Source of the DNA: Vulcanimicrobiota bacterium
GTDB taxonomy: Bacteria; Vulcanimicrobiota; Vulcanimicrobiia; Vulcanimicrobiales; Vulcanimicrobiaceae
Reading direction: 5' to 3'
Length of the DNA: 38,026 nt
Assembly: GCA_003135555.1 (NCBI GenBank)
Contig: PLCF01000076.1
Span: 1-38,026 of the forward strand
The translations under genes and the position numbers were made by a program. Below are positions 6,829 through 16,541 of the stretch, in pieces; position 1 is the first letter of the stretch; each line of letters starts with the position of its first letter. The notes beneath the pieces were generated by a model. The model was not told where the DNA came from. It ran no database searches and was given only the letters and a program-made list of their open reading frames with translations.

Positions 6829-8372
6829 TCGCGACCGTCCATCGCGAGCATGCGGTCTGCCGAGGGCGGTCCCTGGCTGCCGGCGTGGTAGTTGGGGAAG
6901 CTCTCGTCGGCGGTGTCCAGCCAGCGCTCGAGCAGCGGCATCACCTGCTCCCAGGCGTGCTCGACCGCATCCCAGCGCGTGAAGAGGGTCGCGTCTCCCC
7001 GCATGGCGTCGCCGATGAGCCGCTCGTACGCGGGCGCGGAAACGACCCCGAAGCCGGTGCCGTAATTGAAGTCCATCGAGACCGAGCGGATGTGCATCTT
7101 CGGCCCCGGCACCTTGGCGTTGAAGCGCAGCGAGACGCCTTCCTCGGGCTGGATCTTCATCACCAGCGTGTTGTTCTCGAGCGTGTCGCCGACGTCCCCG
7201 AAGAGCCGGTGCGGGATGGGCTTGAAGCGAATCGCGATCTCCGAGGTCTTGTGCGTCAAGCGTTTCCCCGAGCGCAGGTAGAACGGGACGTCGGCCCAGC
7301 GCCAGTTGTCGATGAGCAGCTTCACCGCAGCGTAGGTCTCGGTGTTGGAGTCGGGGCGAACATCGGGCTCCTCACGATAACCCGGCACGGGCTTACCGCC
7401 GATGGAACCGGCGTCGTACTGGCCCCGGGCGGCGTCGAGCGACAGCCGCCCGCGCTCGAACGGGCGCAGCGCGCACAGCACCTTGTACTTCTCGTCGCGG
7501 ATCGCGTCGGCAGCCGCCGAGACCGGCGGTTCCATCGCGACGAGCGCCAGCAGGTTCATGACGTGGTTCTGGATCATGTCGCGCAGCGCACCGGCATTGT
7601 CGTAGTAGCCGCCGCGTAGCTCGACGCCGACGGTCTCCGCCGCGGTGATCTGCACCGAATCGACGTAGCGGCGGTTCCAGAGCGGCTCGAAGATGACGTT
7701 GGCGAAGCGCAGCGCCATGATGTCCTGAACCGGCTCTTTGCCGAGGTAGTGGTCGATCCGGTAGACGTGCTTTTCCTCGAAAACCTTCGACACTTCGGCC
7801 TGCAGCGCGCGCGCCGAGTCGAGATCGGTCCCGAAGGGCTTCTCGATGATGATCCGCGTCCAACCCGCGGGGCTGTCTTTGGGACCTAAGCCGGCCTTGT
7901 CGAGCTGCTCGACGATCTGCGCGAAGACCGACGGCGGCGTGCTCAGGTAGAAGAGGCGGTTCCCGCCGGTGCCGAGCTCCTTGTCGTTGCGCTCGAGCCG
8001 CTGGCGCAATTTGTGGAAGCCGTTCGTGTCGTCGAACGTTCCCGAGACGTACGAGAGGTGCTTGGCGAAGTCGCTCCACAGCGGCTCCTTGGCCGGCCCG
8101 CTGCGCGAGAACTCGTCGATGCTCTTGTGCATTTCGTCGCGGAACTTGTCGTCGTCGTCGTCGGAGCGCGAGTAGCCGACGATTCCGTAGCTCGCCGGCA
8201 GGATGTCCTCGAGCCGCAGATTCCACATCGCCGGCATCAGCATGCGCGCCATGAGGTCGCCCGTCGCCCCGAAGAAGACGACGTTGCAGGGGTCGGCGAT
8301 CCGGTTGGTGGCGAGGCCTTTGCGCAGCGGGTTCGCCGTGACGCCGTCGCCGGGCCGTGCGGTGGTAGTCAT
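6813..8372 (-). CDS. zwf: Glucose-6-phosphate 1-dehydrogenase
   Basis: GATGDL, EKPFG, RIDHYLGKE and GALRDMIQNH motifs. ATG 8372 overlaps the gnd stop (ATGA). Confidence 0.96.
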   Translation of the reverse strand: MTTTARPGDGVTANPLRKGLATNRIADPCNVVFFGATGDLMARMLMPAMWNLRLEDILPASYGIVGYSRSDDDDDKFRDEMHKSIDEFSRSGPAKEPLWSDFAKHLSYVSGTFDDTNGFHKLRQRLERNDKELGTGGNRLFYLSTPPSVFAQIVEQLDKAGLGPKDSPAGWTRIIIEKPFGTDLDSARALQAEVSKVFEEKHVYRIDHYLGKEPVQDIMALRFANVIFEPLWNRRYVDSVQITAAETVGVELRGGYYDNAGALRDMIQNHVMNLLALVAMEPPVSAAADAIRDEKYKVLCALRPFERGRLSLDAARGQYDAGSIGGKPVPGYREEPDVRPDSNTETYAAVKLLIDNWRWADVPFYLRSGKRLTHKTSEIAIRFKPIPHRLFGDVGDTLENNTLVMKIQPEEGVSLRFNAKVPGPKMHIRSVSMDFNYGTGFGVVSAPAYERLIGDAMRGDATLFTRWDAVEHAWEQVMPLLERWLDTADESFPNYHAGSQGPPSADRMLAMDGREWRKI

Positions 8373-9265
8373 TCGGGTTTGATCGCGTGGCCGCCGAACT
8401 GATTGCGCAGCGCGGCGATGATCTTCGCGCTGAACGACTCTTCTTGGCGCGACACGAAGCGCGACATCAGCGACGCGGTGATGACCGGCGCGGGGACGTC
8501 CTCGTCGATCGCCGCCTGTACGGTCCAGCGCCCCTCGCCGGAGTCGGCGACCCAGCCCTTGACCTTGGCCAGGTCGGGGTCTTCCTTGAGCGCCAGCTCG
8601 AGCAGCTCGAGCAGCCACGAGCGCACGACCGAGCCGAAGCGCCAGATCGAAGCGAGCTGGTGCAGGTCGTAGTCGTACTCGGATTTCTCGAGGATCTCAA
8701 AGCCCTCGCCGTACGCCGCGAGCATCCCGTACTCGATGCCGTTGTGCACCATCTTCGAGAAGTGCCCCGCGCCGCTGGGTCCGACGTGCGCGTAGCCGTC
8801 TTTGGGCGCGAGGGTTACGAAAATGGACTCGACGCGTTTCACGGCGTCGTCGTCACCGCCGACCATGAGGCAGTAGCCGTTGGCCAGGCCCCACACGCCG
8901 CCCGACGTGCCCGCGTCGACGAACGACACACGCTTGTCCTTGCAGCGCAGGTAGCGCTGCTTGGAGTCGGTCCAGCGGGAGTTGCCGCCGTCGATGATGA
9001 CGTCGCCCGGCTGCAGGATTCCCAACAGATCGGTGATCGTGGAATCGGTGGGCTCACCGGCCGGCACCATGATCCATACCGCGCGCGGGGCGCTCAGCTT
9101 CGAGCCCAGGTCCGCCAGCGACGTCGCGCCGACGGCGCCGTCGCCGACCGAGCGTTGGACCGCGCCGGGATCGCGGTCGTACGCGATCACCTGATGCCCA
9201 CCACGGATCAACCGCGTTGTCATGTTCGCGCCCATGCGCCCCAACCCAATCATGGCGAGTTGCAT
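8369..9265 (-). CDS. gnd: 6-phosphogluconate dehydrogenase, decarboxylating (short YqeC/GntZ-like type)
   Basis: MQLAMIGLGRMG, IDGGNS, KMVHNGIEYG, DSGEGRWT and ALRNQFGGH motifs. Real start is ATG 9265. Confidence 0.95.
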   Translation of the reverse strand: MQLAMIGLGRMGANMTTRLIRGGHQVIAYDRDPGAVQRSVGDGAVGATSLADLGSKLSAPRAVWIMVPAGEPTDSTITDLLGILQPGDVIIDGGNSRWTDSKQRYLRCKDKRVSFVDAGTSGGVWGLANGYCLMVGGDDDAVKRVESIFVTLAPKDGYAHVGPSGAGHFSKMVHNGIEYGMLAAYGEGFEILEKSEYDYDLHQLASIWRFGSVVRSWLLELLELALKEDPDLAKVKGWVADSGEGRWTVQAAIDEDVPAPVITASLMSRFVSRQEESFSAKIIAALRNQFGGHAIKPE

Positions 9266-9266
9266 T

Positions 9267-9386
9267 CTAACGGCGCTCCGCTCGCGCTGCGCGCTCCCCA
9301 CGCGTCGCGTGGGCCCCCCGGGTCCGAGCTCGCAACGACCTGAGTTTACGCGGAAGATGCTGCTGCGCTCGCTCCATCACCATCAT
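9267..9386 (-). repeat. Intercistronic coding repeat, copy 1 (39-aa ORF MMVMERAQQH...AERR)
   Basis: 68-bp core 9272-9339 is 61/68 identical to 12231-12298. The ORF starts 2 nt after the tal-pgi stop and ends 1 nt before the gnd ATG. Confidence 0.8.
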
Positions 9387-9388
9387 GC

Positions 9389-12244
9389 CTAGGCCTTCGC
9401 TGTTACGGCGGCTTCGAGGGCGGCGGCGAGCGCGGCGAGGCCGGCTTTGGCGTCGCCGGTGAAGTGCACGCGGATCCCGCGCCGGTCGCGCTTGTCGAGC
9501 GATTCGAAGTCGCCCAGCGCCTGCGAGCGCTGCAGGATCCGAAAGCCGACCATCCCCGGGATCGGGAGATCGAACGGCGGATCGTAGGTGATCTGGAAGA
9601 ACACACCTTCGTTCGAACCGCCCTTGTGGAGCTGGCCGGTCGAGTGCAGGAAGCGCGGACCGAAACCGACCGTCGTGGCGACGTGCAGTGCGTCGCGCAT
9701 CGTCGTGCGGATGCGTTGCAGCTGCGCGCTGTCGTCGCCGTCCATCGGGACGTAGGCGTTGAACGCGACGTAGTCACCCGGCTTGATCTGGGCGGCGACT
9801 GCCGCAACTGCGCCCGGCAGATCGGCGCCCAACGGTGCGCCGCGCGAGCCGCTCAGCGCAAAGACGAGGGCGTCGTTGGTCTGCAGGTCCGGCTGCGCTT
9901 CGCTGAAGCTCCCTTCCGCCGCAAATTCGGCCAGCAGCCGCTTCGTGTTGTCCTTGGACTCTTGCACGTTGGGCTGATCGAACGCGTCGATGCCCAGCAC
10001 GGCGCCGGCGGCGGCGGTCGCGATCTCCCACAGATAGAACTGCTCGCCGATGTCGAGCGTGTCGCTCATCGCGAGGCGGATCACCGGATGCCCGGCCTCC
10101 TCGAGGGCGGCCAACCACGGCGCGACCGCTTCGTTCTCGTCCGGCAGTCCCGCGCCGACGTAGACGAAGACGCGGTCCCCGCCGTAGGCCGCGACGCTGC
10201 CGGGCGGCTCACCGTCGACGGGCACGATCCCGGTCCCGGATTTCCCGGTCGATTCCGCGATGAGCTGTTCGGCCCAGGCGCCGAAGGCCCGCACCGATGG
10301 ATGCGCGACGATCGTGAGCTTGTCGCGGCCGTCCTTGGCTAGCGCACCGATCGCCGCCCCGAAGCGGACCCCGGGCGCATCGTACGCAGCGACGGTCGCC
10401 GCGTTGGCGTGCATGGCGTTGATCGCGCGGTCGAGGATCGCGGTGACATCGTAGCCGGCCAGCGCCGCCGGCACCATTCCGAAGTACGAGAGCGCGGAAT
10501 AGCGGCCGCCGATGTTGGGATCGTTGACGAAGACGCGCAAGAAACCGGTTTCGCGCGCCTCTTGCTCGAGCTTCGTGCCGGGATCGGTGATCGCGATGAA
10601 ATGGCCGGCGGCATTGTTGACGCCGACCGCCTGCTGCGCGCGCTGGAAGAAGTAGCGGAAGAAGGCATCCGGCTCGGTCGTCGTCCCCGACTTGGAAGCG
10701 ACGATGAACAGCGACTGCTCGATGTCGAGGCTGTCGTCGAGCGTCTTGATCTGTTGCGGGTCGGTGGAGTCGAGCACGTGCAGCGCCGGGTAGCCCGCCG
10801 TCTGGCCGAAGGTGGCCCGCAGGATGTCGGGCGCTAGCGAGCTCCCGCCCATCCCCAGCACGACGACGTGGTCGAAGCGCTTGGCGCAGGTGCGAGCGAA
10901 GTCGCACAGCTCACCGCTCTGCGCGTGCGTCTGCTGCGCGATCTCGACCCAGCCCAGAGCGTGCTTGATGATCTCGACGTGTTCGGGAGCGGTGGACCAC
11001 GGGGACGCATCGTGCGTCCAGAGCTTGCGCAGGAAATCGCTCTGGGCGAGCGTGTCCAGCGCGGCGTCGGCAGCCGCGGCGGCCGCGCCTAGGGCGAGCC
11101 CCACGCGCGGCGGGGCGCCGCTGCGCAATTTGGCGAGCTTGCTCTGGATCGCGTCGAGCATCGCGTTGAACGAGTCTTCGAATGCCTTCACGCCGTCGGC
11201 GACGAGCGTCTCGGTGACGTCGTAGAGCGAGATCTGCGCCTTGGCGAGGCCCTCGACCACGGCGCGGGCGCCGTCGACGTCTTCCATGACGGTGTTGGCC
11301 ACGATCTTGCCGTGGTCGAGCATCGCCTCGAGCGTGTTCGGCGGAACGGTGTTGACGGTATCGCGCCCGATGAGGTTCTCGACGTACATCAGATCCGGGT
11401 AGGCGGGGTTTTTCGTGGAGGTAGAAGCCCACAGCGGGCGCTGTACGTGCGCGCCCTTGGCCCGCAGCTTGTCGAACCGTTCGGAGCCGACCAGCTTGAG
11501 GAAGCGCGCATAGGTCAGCTTCGTGCTGGCGATCCCGGCTTTGCCCAGCAGCGAGTCGAGGTGTTCGCCAGCGTCGATCTTGGCTTGCAACTTCTTGTCG
11601 ACAGCGTTGTCGATGCGGGATACGAAGACCGACGCGACCGACGCGATTCCATCGACGGGCTGCCCCTTGGCGACGCGCTCTTCGAGCCCTTCGATGTAGG
11701 CGTTCGCCGCGTCTTCGTAACGGTCGACGGAGAACAGCAGCGTCACGTTGATGTTTATCCCGGCCGCAATCGACGCCTTGATCGCCGGAACGCCGGCGGC
11801 GGTTCCGGGGATCTTGATCATGACGTTGGGCCGGTCGACCGCCTTCCATAGGCGTTGCGCGGCGGCGATCGTCCCCTGCGTGTCGTTGGCCAGCGTCGGC
11901 GGCACCTCGAGCGAGACGTAGCCGTCGAGCCCCTTGGTCGTATCCCACACGCTGCGGAAGAGATCGCAGGCGCTGCGGATGTCGCGAATCGCGAGATCCT
12001 CGAACACGGTCTGCGCGCTGCTCTCGTCGACGAGGGATTGCAGCTGCTCGTCGTAGTCCGAGCCGCTGCCGATCGCTTTCTCGAAGATCGTCGGATTCGA
12101 GGTCATCCCGCGCAGGCCGAGATCGATGAGCCGCTGCAGGTCGCCCGAGGCGAACATGCTGCGCCGGATGTTATCGAGCCAGATGCTCTGCCCGACGGCC
12201 GCCAATTCTTGAAGCTGGTTCAGGTTTGAAGGCGCTCCGCTCAC
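9389..12244 (-). CDS. tal-pgi: Bifunctional transaldolase / glucose-6-phosphate isomerase
   Basis: N-half has the transaldolase motifs GMTSNPTIF, NVMIKIPGT and QRPLWASTS. C-half has the PGI motifs GMGGSSL, ASKSGTT, GGRYSALS, QLIAESTGK and FDQPNVQESK. Confidence 0.93.
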   Translation of the reverse strand: MSGAPSNLNQLQELAAVGQSIWLDNIRRSMFASGDLQRLIDLGLRGMTSNPTIFEKAIGSGSDYDEQLQSLVDESSAQTVFEDLAIRDIRSACDLFRSVWDTTKGLDGYVSLEVPPTLANDTQGTIAAAQRLWKAVDRPNVMIKIPGTAAGVPAIKASIAAGININVTLLFSVDRYEDAANAYIEGLEERVAKGQPVDGIASVASVFVSRIDNAVDKKLQAKIDAGEHLDSLLGKAGIASTKLTYARFLKLVGSERFDKLRAKGAHVQRPLWASTSTKNPAYPDLMYVENLIGRDTVNTVPPNTLEAMLDHGKIVANTVMEDVDGARAVVEGLAKAQISLYDVTETLVADGVKAFEDSFNAMLDAIQSKLAKLRSGAPPRVGLALGAAAAAADAALDTLAQSDFLRKLWTHDASPWSTAPEHVEIIKHALGWVEIAQQTHAQSGELCDFARTCAKRFDHVVVLGMGGSSLAPDILRATFGQTAGYPALHVLDSTDPQQIKTLDDSLDIEQSLFIVASKSGTTTEPDAFFRYFFQRAQQAVGVNNAAGHFIAITDPGTKLEQEARETGFLRVFVNDPNIGGRYSALSYFGMVPAALAGYDVTAILDRAINAMHANAATVAAYDAPGVRFGAAIGALAKDGRDKLTIVAHPSVRAFGAWAEQLIAESTGKSGTGIVPVDGEPPGSVAAYGGDRVFVYVGAGLPDENEAVAPWLAALEEAGHPVIRLAMSDTLDIGEQFYLWEIATAAAGAVLGIDAFDQPNVQESKDNTKRLLAEFAAEGSFSEAQPDLQTNDALVFALSGSRGAPLGADLPGAVAAVAAQIKPGDYVAFNAYVPMDGDDSAQLQRIRTTMRDALHVATTVGFGPRFLHSTGQLHKGGSNEGVFFQITYDPPFDLPIPGMVGFRILQRSQALGDFESLDKRDRRGIRVHFTGDAKAGLAALAAALEAAVTAKA

Positions 12245-12342
12245 GCTGCGCGCCCCCCACGCATAGCGCGGGGCCCCCGGGTCCGAGTTCGCAACGACAT
12301 GCCGGTACGCTCAGAATTGTTCTGCGCTCGCTCCATGACCAT
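12241..12342 (-). repeat. Intercistronic coding repeat, copy 2 (33-aa ORF MVMERAQNN...RAA)
   Basis: Same element as 9267-9386. Its TGA overlaps the GTG start of tal-pgi (GTGA). Confidence 0.8.
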
Positions 12343-12356
12343 GTTCTGCTCTTTCT

Positions 12357-14357
12357 CTAGACGTTCGCGAGAAGGCCGGCGGCGACGTCGGCGATGTGCT
12401 GCGGCGTGAAACCGTACTCTGCGGCGATCGCGCCGCCGGGCGCGGACGTGCCGAAGTGGTCGAGGCCGTAGGCGATTCCGCGTTCGCCGACATATTTCGA
12501 CCAGCCGATCGTCGCCCCGGCTTCGATCGACATGCGCGCCCGCACGTCGGCCGGAAGGATGCCCAGCCGGTACGACTCGTCCTGGGCGTCGAACAGCCTC
12601 CACGACGGCATCGAGACGACGCGCACGTTGTGCCCCCGCCCGGCGAGCAGCTGCGCCGCATCGACTGCGAGGTGCACTTCCGAACCGGTCGCGATCAGGA
12701 TGAGATCGGGCGCCACGGGCTGCCCCGAGCTCGTCGTCGGATCGACCAGAATGTAAGCGCCGCGTGATACGTCGGCCTTGCGGTCGCCCAAGAACGGGAG
12801 CTTTTGGCGCGAGAGGACGATGACCGAGGGGCCCGTCTTGGGCTGGATCGCGTATTTCCAGGCCTCGAGTACCTCGAGCGCGTCGGCGGGGCGCAGATCG
12901 ATCACGTTGGGCGTTGCGCGCAGCATCGCAAGCTGCTCGATGGGCTGGTGCGTCGGGCCGTCCTCGCCCAAAAAGACCGAGTCGTGGGTGAACACGAAGA
13001 TTTCGCGGATCTCGTTGAGCGCCGCGAGGCGCAGCGCGGGCTTGAGATAGTCGAGAAAGTTGAAGAAGGTCGCCGAGAACGGCAGCAGCCCGCCGTGCAG
13101 CGCGATCCCGTTCGATGCGGCGGCCATCGCGTGCTCGCGCACGCCGTAGTGGATGTTGCGCCCGGCGTAGGACCCGGGCTGGAAATCGCCCTGACCCTTG
13201 AGGTAGGTCTTCGTCGACGGATCGAGATCGGCCGAACCGCCGACCAGCTCGGGGAGCGCTGCGGCGATCGCGTTCATCACCGTGCCGCCCGCGTCGCGCG
13301 TCGCGACCGCGCCGTTGTCGGCGTTGAACGCGGGCCACGGCAGCGCGGCCGGTAGCACGCCGTCGCGCGCGCGCTCGAACTGCGCGGCGAGGTCCGCGTT
13401 GGCGGCTTTCCAGACCGCGTAGGTATCGTTCCACGCTGCTTGGAGCGGCGCGCCGCGAGCGCCGACTTCCTTGAAGAACGCCGCCGCTTCGGCGGGGATC
13501 TCGAAGGGAGCGTACGGCCAGTTCAGCGCTGTGCGGGTCGCTTCCATGTTCTTGCCCAGCGGCTCGCCGTGCGTCTTGTAGGTGCCGGCCTCGGGCGATC
13601 CGTATCCGATCGTCGTGCGAACCGCGATGAGGGTCGGCCGTAGGGTATCGGCCTTGGCCTCCGCGATCGCACGGTCGAGCGCTGCGACGTCGTTGGCCTG
13701 CGCGGGTCCGACCCCGATCGTCTGCCAGCCGTAGGCTTCGAAGCGTTCGCGAACGTCTTCGGTGAAGGTCACGTCGGTCGCCGCGGCAAGCGACACCAGG
13801 TTTTCATCGTAGAGCACGATCAGCTTGCCCAGCGCGAGGTGGCCGGCCAGCGAGGCTGCCTCGGAAGCCACGCCTTCCATGAGATCGCCGTCACCGGCGA
13901 GGGCGAATGTGTGATGCTCGACGATCGTCTGCTCGCGGTTGTAGATCGCGGCGAGATGGGCTTCGGCGATGGCCAGCCCGACCGCGTTCGCGAAGCCCTG
14001 ACCCAGCGGCCCGGTGGTGACCTCGACCCCCGGGGTGTGATGGTACTCGGGGTGGCCCGGCGTGCGGCTGCCTAGTTGGCGGAACGACTGGAGGTCCTCG
14101 AGGGTGAGGTCGTAGCCGGTGAGGTGGAGCAGCGCGTACAGCAGTGCCGAGCCGTGACCGGCCGAGAGCACGAAGCGGTCGCGGTCGAACCACGTCGGGT
14201 CGGCCGGATTGAACCTGAGGTGGCGCGTCCAGAGCGCATATGCCATCGCGGCGGCCCCCAACGGCAACCCCGGGTGCCCGGAGTTTGCTTTCTGGACCGC
14301 GTCGACCGCCAGAAAACGGATTGCGTTGATGCGAAGGTCGTCCGCTGCGGTGTTCAC
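12357..14357 (-). CDS. tkt: Transketolase
   Basis: [19 protein letters not shown] (ThDP motif), YGVREHAM and GEDGPTHQP motifs. Confidence 0.97.
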   Translation of the reverse strand: MNTAADDLRINAIRFLAVDAVQKANSGHPGLPLGAAAMAYALWTRHLRFNPADPTWFDRDRFVLSAGHGSALLYALLHLTGYDLTLEDLQSFRQLGSRTPGHPEYHHTPGVEVTTGPLGQGFANAVGLAIAEAHLAAIYNREQTIVEHHTFALAGDGDLMEGVASEAASLAGHLALGKLIVLYDENLVSLAAATDVTFTEDVRERFEAYGWQTIGVGPAQANDVAALDRAIAEAKADTLRPTLIAVRTTIGYGSPEAGTYKTHGEPLGKNMEATRTALNWPYAPFEIPAEAAAFFKEVGARGAPLQAAWNDTYAVWKAANADLAAQFERARDGVLPAALPWPAFNADNGAVATRDAGGTVMNAIAAALPELVGGSADLDPSTKTYLKGQGDFQPGSYAGRNIHYGVREHAMAAASNGIALHGGLLPFSATFFNFLDYLKPALRLAALNEIREIFVFTHDSVFLGEDGPTHQPIEQLAMLRATPNVIDLRPADALEVLEAWKYAIQPKTGPSVIVLSRQKLPFLGDRKADVSRGAYILVDPTTSSGQPVAPDLILIATGSEVHLAVDAAQLLAGRGHNVRVVSMPSWRLFDAQDESYRLGILPADVRARMSIEAGATIGWSKYVGERGIAYGLDHFGTSAPGGAIAAEYGFTPQHIADVAAGLLANV

Positions 14358-14468
14358 GTCGTCTCCTGAGATGCCGGGAAAAGCGCGTTAGGCGCCGAGC
14401 GCGCCCGCCCCCGCCATGACCCCGCCGAAAAGGCTCAAGGTGACACGGGCGAGGAACGCCCCGAGGCG

Positions 14469-15347
14469 ATGGATGGAAGCTTGGAAGCACGGATCGTCGA
14501 GCTCGAGGAGCGCCTTGCCGCGAAGCCCGACGCCGTCAAGAAGAAACCCGGCCGCGTGGTGGATGAGGTGCTCGACGCTCTCGACACCGGCGCGTTGCGC
14601 GTTTGCGAGCCCGACGGTGAGGACTGGGTCGTGCACGAGTGGGTGAAGCGAGCGATCTTGCTTTCGTTTGCACGCTACGACAACGCCCGCATCGTCGAGG
14701 AGGCATTCGCCGGAACTCCCGGCTCGCTGGACGCTCTCAAGCTGCGCTACCGTCTCCCTTCGTATTATGACAAGCTACCCACCAAACGGAATTGGAAGAA
14801 GCTCGGCGCCCGCTGCGTGCCCGGCGGGATCGCTCGCTTCGGTTCGTATCTTGGCAAGGGCGCGATCCTCATGCCGGGCTTTGTCAACATCGGCGCCTAC
14901 GTCGACGACGGCACGATGGTCGACACGTGGGCGACGGTCGGGTCGTGCGCGCAGATCGGAAAGGGCGTCCACCTTTCGGGCGGCGTCGGGATCGGCGGCG
15001 TGCTCGAGCCGCCGCAAGCGACGCCGGTGATCGTCGAGGACGGCGCGTTCCTGGGTTCGCGCTGCATCGTCGTCGAGAGCGTGCGGATCGGGCGCGAGGC
15101 GGTCCTGGGAGCCGGCGTCGTGCTCACCGCCTCCACGCCCATCGTCGACGTTCGCGGGTCCGAGCTGGTCGTGAGCAAGGGCTCGATCCCGGCCCGCGCC
15201 GTGGTCATCCCCGGCTCGCTGCCCAAGCGCTTTCCGGCCGGCGAGTTCGGCACGCCGTGCGCGCTCATCATCGGCGAGCGCAGCGATTCGACCGACCGCA
15301 AGACCTCCCTCAACGCAGTGCTACGCGATTACGGGGTCGCTCTCTAG
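14469..15347 (+). CDS. dapD: 2,3,4,5-tetrahydropyridine-2,6-dicarboxylate N-succinyltransferase
   Basis: WVKRAILLSF, VNIGAYVDDGTMVDTWATVGSCAQIG and HLSGGVGIGGVLEP motifs. Confidence 0.93.
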   Translation: MDGSLEARIVELEERLAAKPDAVKKKPGRVVDEVLDALDTGALRVCEPDGEDWVVHEWVKRAILLSFARYDNARIVEEAFAGTPGSLDALKLRYRLPSYYDKLPTKRNWKKLGARCVPGGIARFGSYLGKGAILMPGFVNIGAYVDDGTMVDTWATVGSCAQIGKGVHLSGGVGIGGVLEPPQATPVIVEDGAFLGSRCIVVESVRIGREAVLGAGVVLTASTPIVDVRGSELVVSKGSIPARAVVIPGSLPKRFPAGEFGTPCALIIGERSDSTDRKTSLNAVLRDYGVAL

Positions 15348-15348
15348 C

Positions 15349-16464
15349 GTGAATCCGCGGGTGAACGCGATCGAGCCGTCGCTGATTCGGACGATCGCGG
15401 CGAAGAAGAAGCCCGGTTCGATCGACCTGGGTCTGGGCGAGCCGACGTTGCTGCCGCAGCAGCGCTTCATCGAAGCCGCGACGCGCTGGGCCGCGGAGCA
15501 CGGCGTGCGCTACACCGTCAACGCCGGCGATCCGGCGCTGCGCGAACGCATCGCGGCACACTACGCCTACCCGGGGATGTCGGACGGCCGCCACGTCTGC
15601 GTGATGACCGGCTCTCAAGAAGCGGTCTACGTCGCGATCAAGACGTTGCTCGATCCGGCCAAGGACGAGCTGCTCGTGGTCGACCCGGCGTTTCCCGCGT
15701 ACGCCAAGATGGCGCAGCTCGAGGGGATCCCGTACCGCCACGTGCACATGCGGGCCGACGCCGACTTCCGCTACGATGCCGACGCGATCCTCGACACGAT
15801 CGACCGCGCAACGCGCGTGATCGTGGTGGCTTCGCCCGCGAATCCCACCGGCCGCGTGCTGCGCGACGCGGATGCCCGCCGCCTCGCCGAGGGACTTTTG
15901 GCGCGCCCTGGCCCGCCGATCTGGGTGCTGCAGGACGAGATCTACCGCGAGCTGACGTACATCGACGACCCCGGTTACATCGCGCAATACTATCCGCACA
16001 CGATCGTCGCGAACTCGCTCTCGAAGTCCAACGCGCTGACCGGGATGCGCATCGGCTGGCTGCTCGCGCCCGACGCCGCGATCGCCTCGCTGATCAAGAC
16101 CCACGCTTGGATCACCTCGACCGCAAGCGCCTTCGGCCAGCGCGTCGCTTACGAGATCTTCGGCGAGCCCGGCGCCATCACCGAGCAGTCGGCCTGGTAC
16201 CGCGCGCAGCACGCGCGCGTCACCGAGGTGCTCGATGCGAGCGGTCTGCGCTACGTCCCGATCGACGGCGCGTTCTACGTCTGCGTGAAGCTGCCGCACG
16301 GCGACGACTCGCTCGCCGCTGCGCTCGACCTCGTCGAGAACCGCGGCGTCGTCGCGATCCCCGGCCGCATCTTCGGCGACTCGCTCGAAGGCTGGCTGCG
16401 CCTCAGCTGGGTCGCCCCAATCGAAGACGTGGAGGAAGGCTTGCGCCGAATCGCCGCAATTTAG
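15349..16464 (+). CDS. PLP-dependent aminotransferase class I/II (possibly DapC role by context)
   Basis: LGLGEP, SPANPTG, DEIY and SLSKSNALTGMRIGW (PLP lysine) motifs. Immediately downstream of dapD. Confidence 0.88.
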   Translation: MNPRVNAIEPSLIRTIAAKKKPGSIDLGLGEPTLLPQQRFIEAATRWAAEHGVRYTVNAGDPALRERIAAHYAYPGMSDGRHVCVMTGSQEAVYVAIKTLLDPAKDELLVVDPAFPAYAKMAQLEGIPYRHVHMRADADFRYDADAILDTIDRATRVIVVASPANPTGRVLRDADARRLAEGLLARPGPPIWVLQDEIYRELTYIDDPGYIAQYYPHTIVANSLSKSNALTGMRIGWLLAPDAAIASLIKTHAWITSTASAFGQRVAYEIFGEPGAITEQSAWYRAQHARVTEVLDASGLRYVPIDGAFYVCVKLPHGDDSLAAALDLVENRGVVAIPGRIFGDSLEGWLRLSWVAPIEDVEEGLRRIAAI

Positions 16465-16473
16465 CCGTGACCT

Positions 16474-16526
16474 TTGTATCATCGCTTTGACACAATCGGG
16501 CGGTTTGTGCTAGCTTGTTGATACAA
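16474..16526 (+). promoter_or_regulatory. Two 22-bp palindromic YtrA/GntR-type operators overlapping a TTGACA-18-TGnTAGCTT promoter
   Basis: TTGTATCA-N6-TGACACAA (16474-16495) and TTGTGCTA-N6-TGATACAA (16505-16526). -35 at 16487-16492, -10 at 16511-16516. Confidence 0.7.
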
Positions 16527-16541
16527 AGAAAGCAGGCTGCG

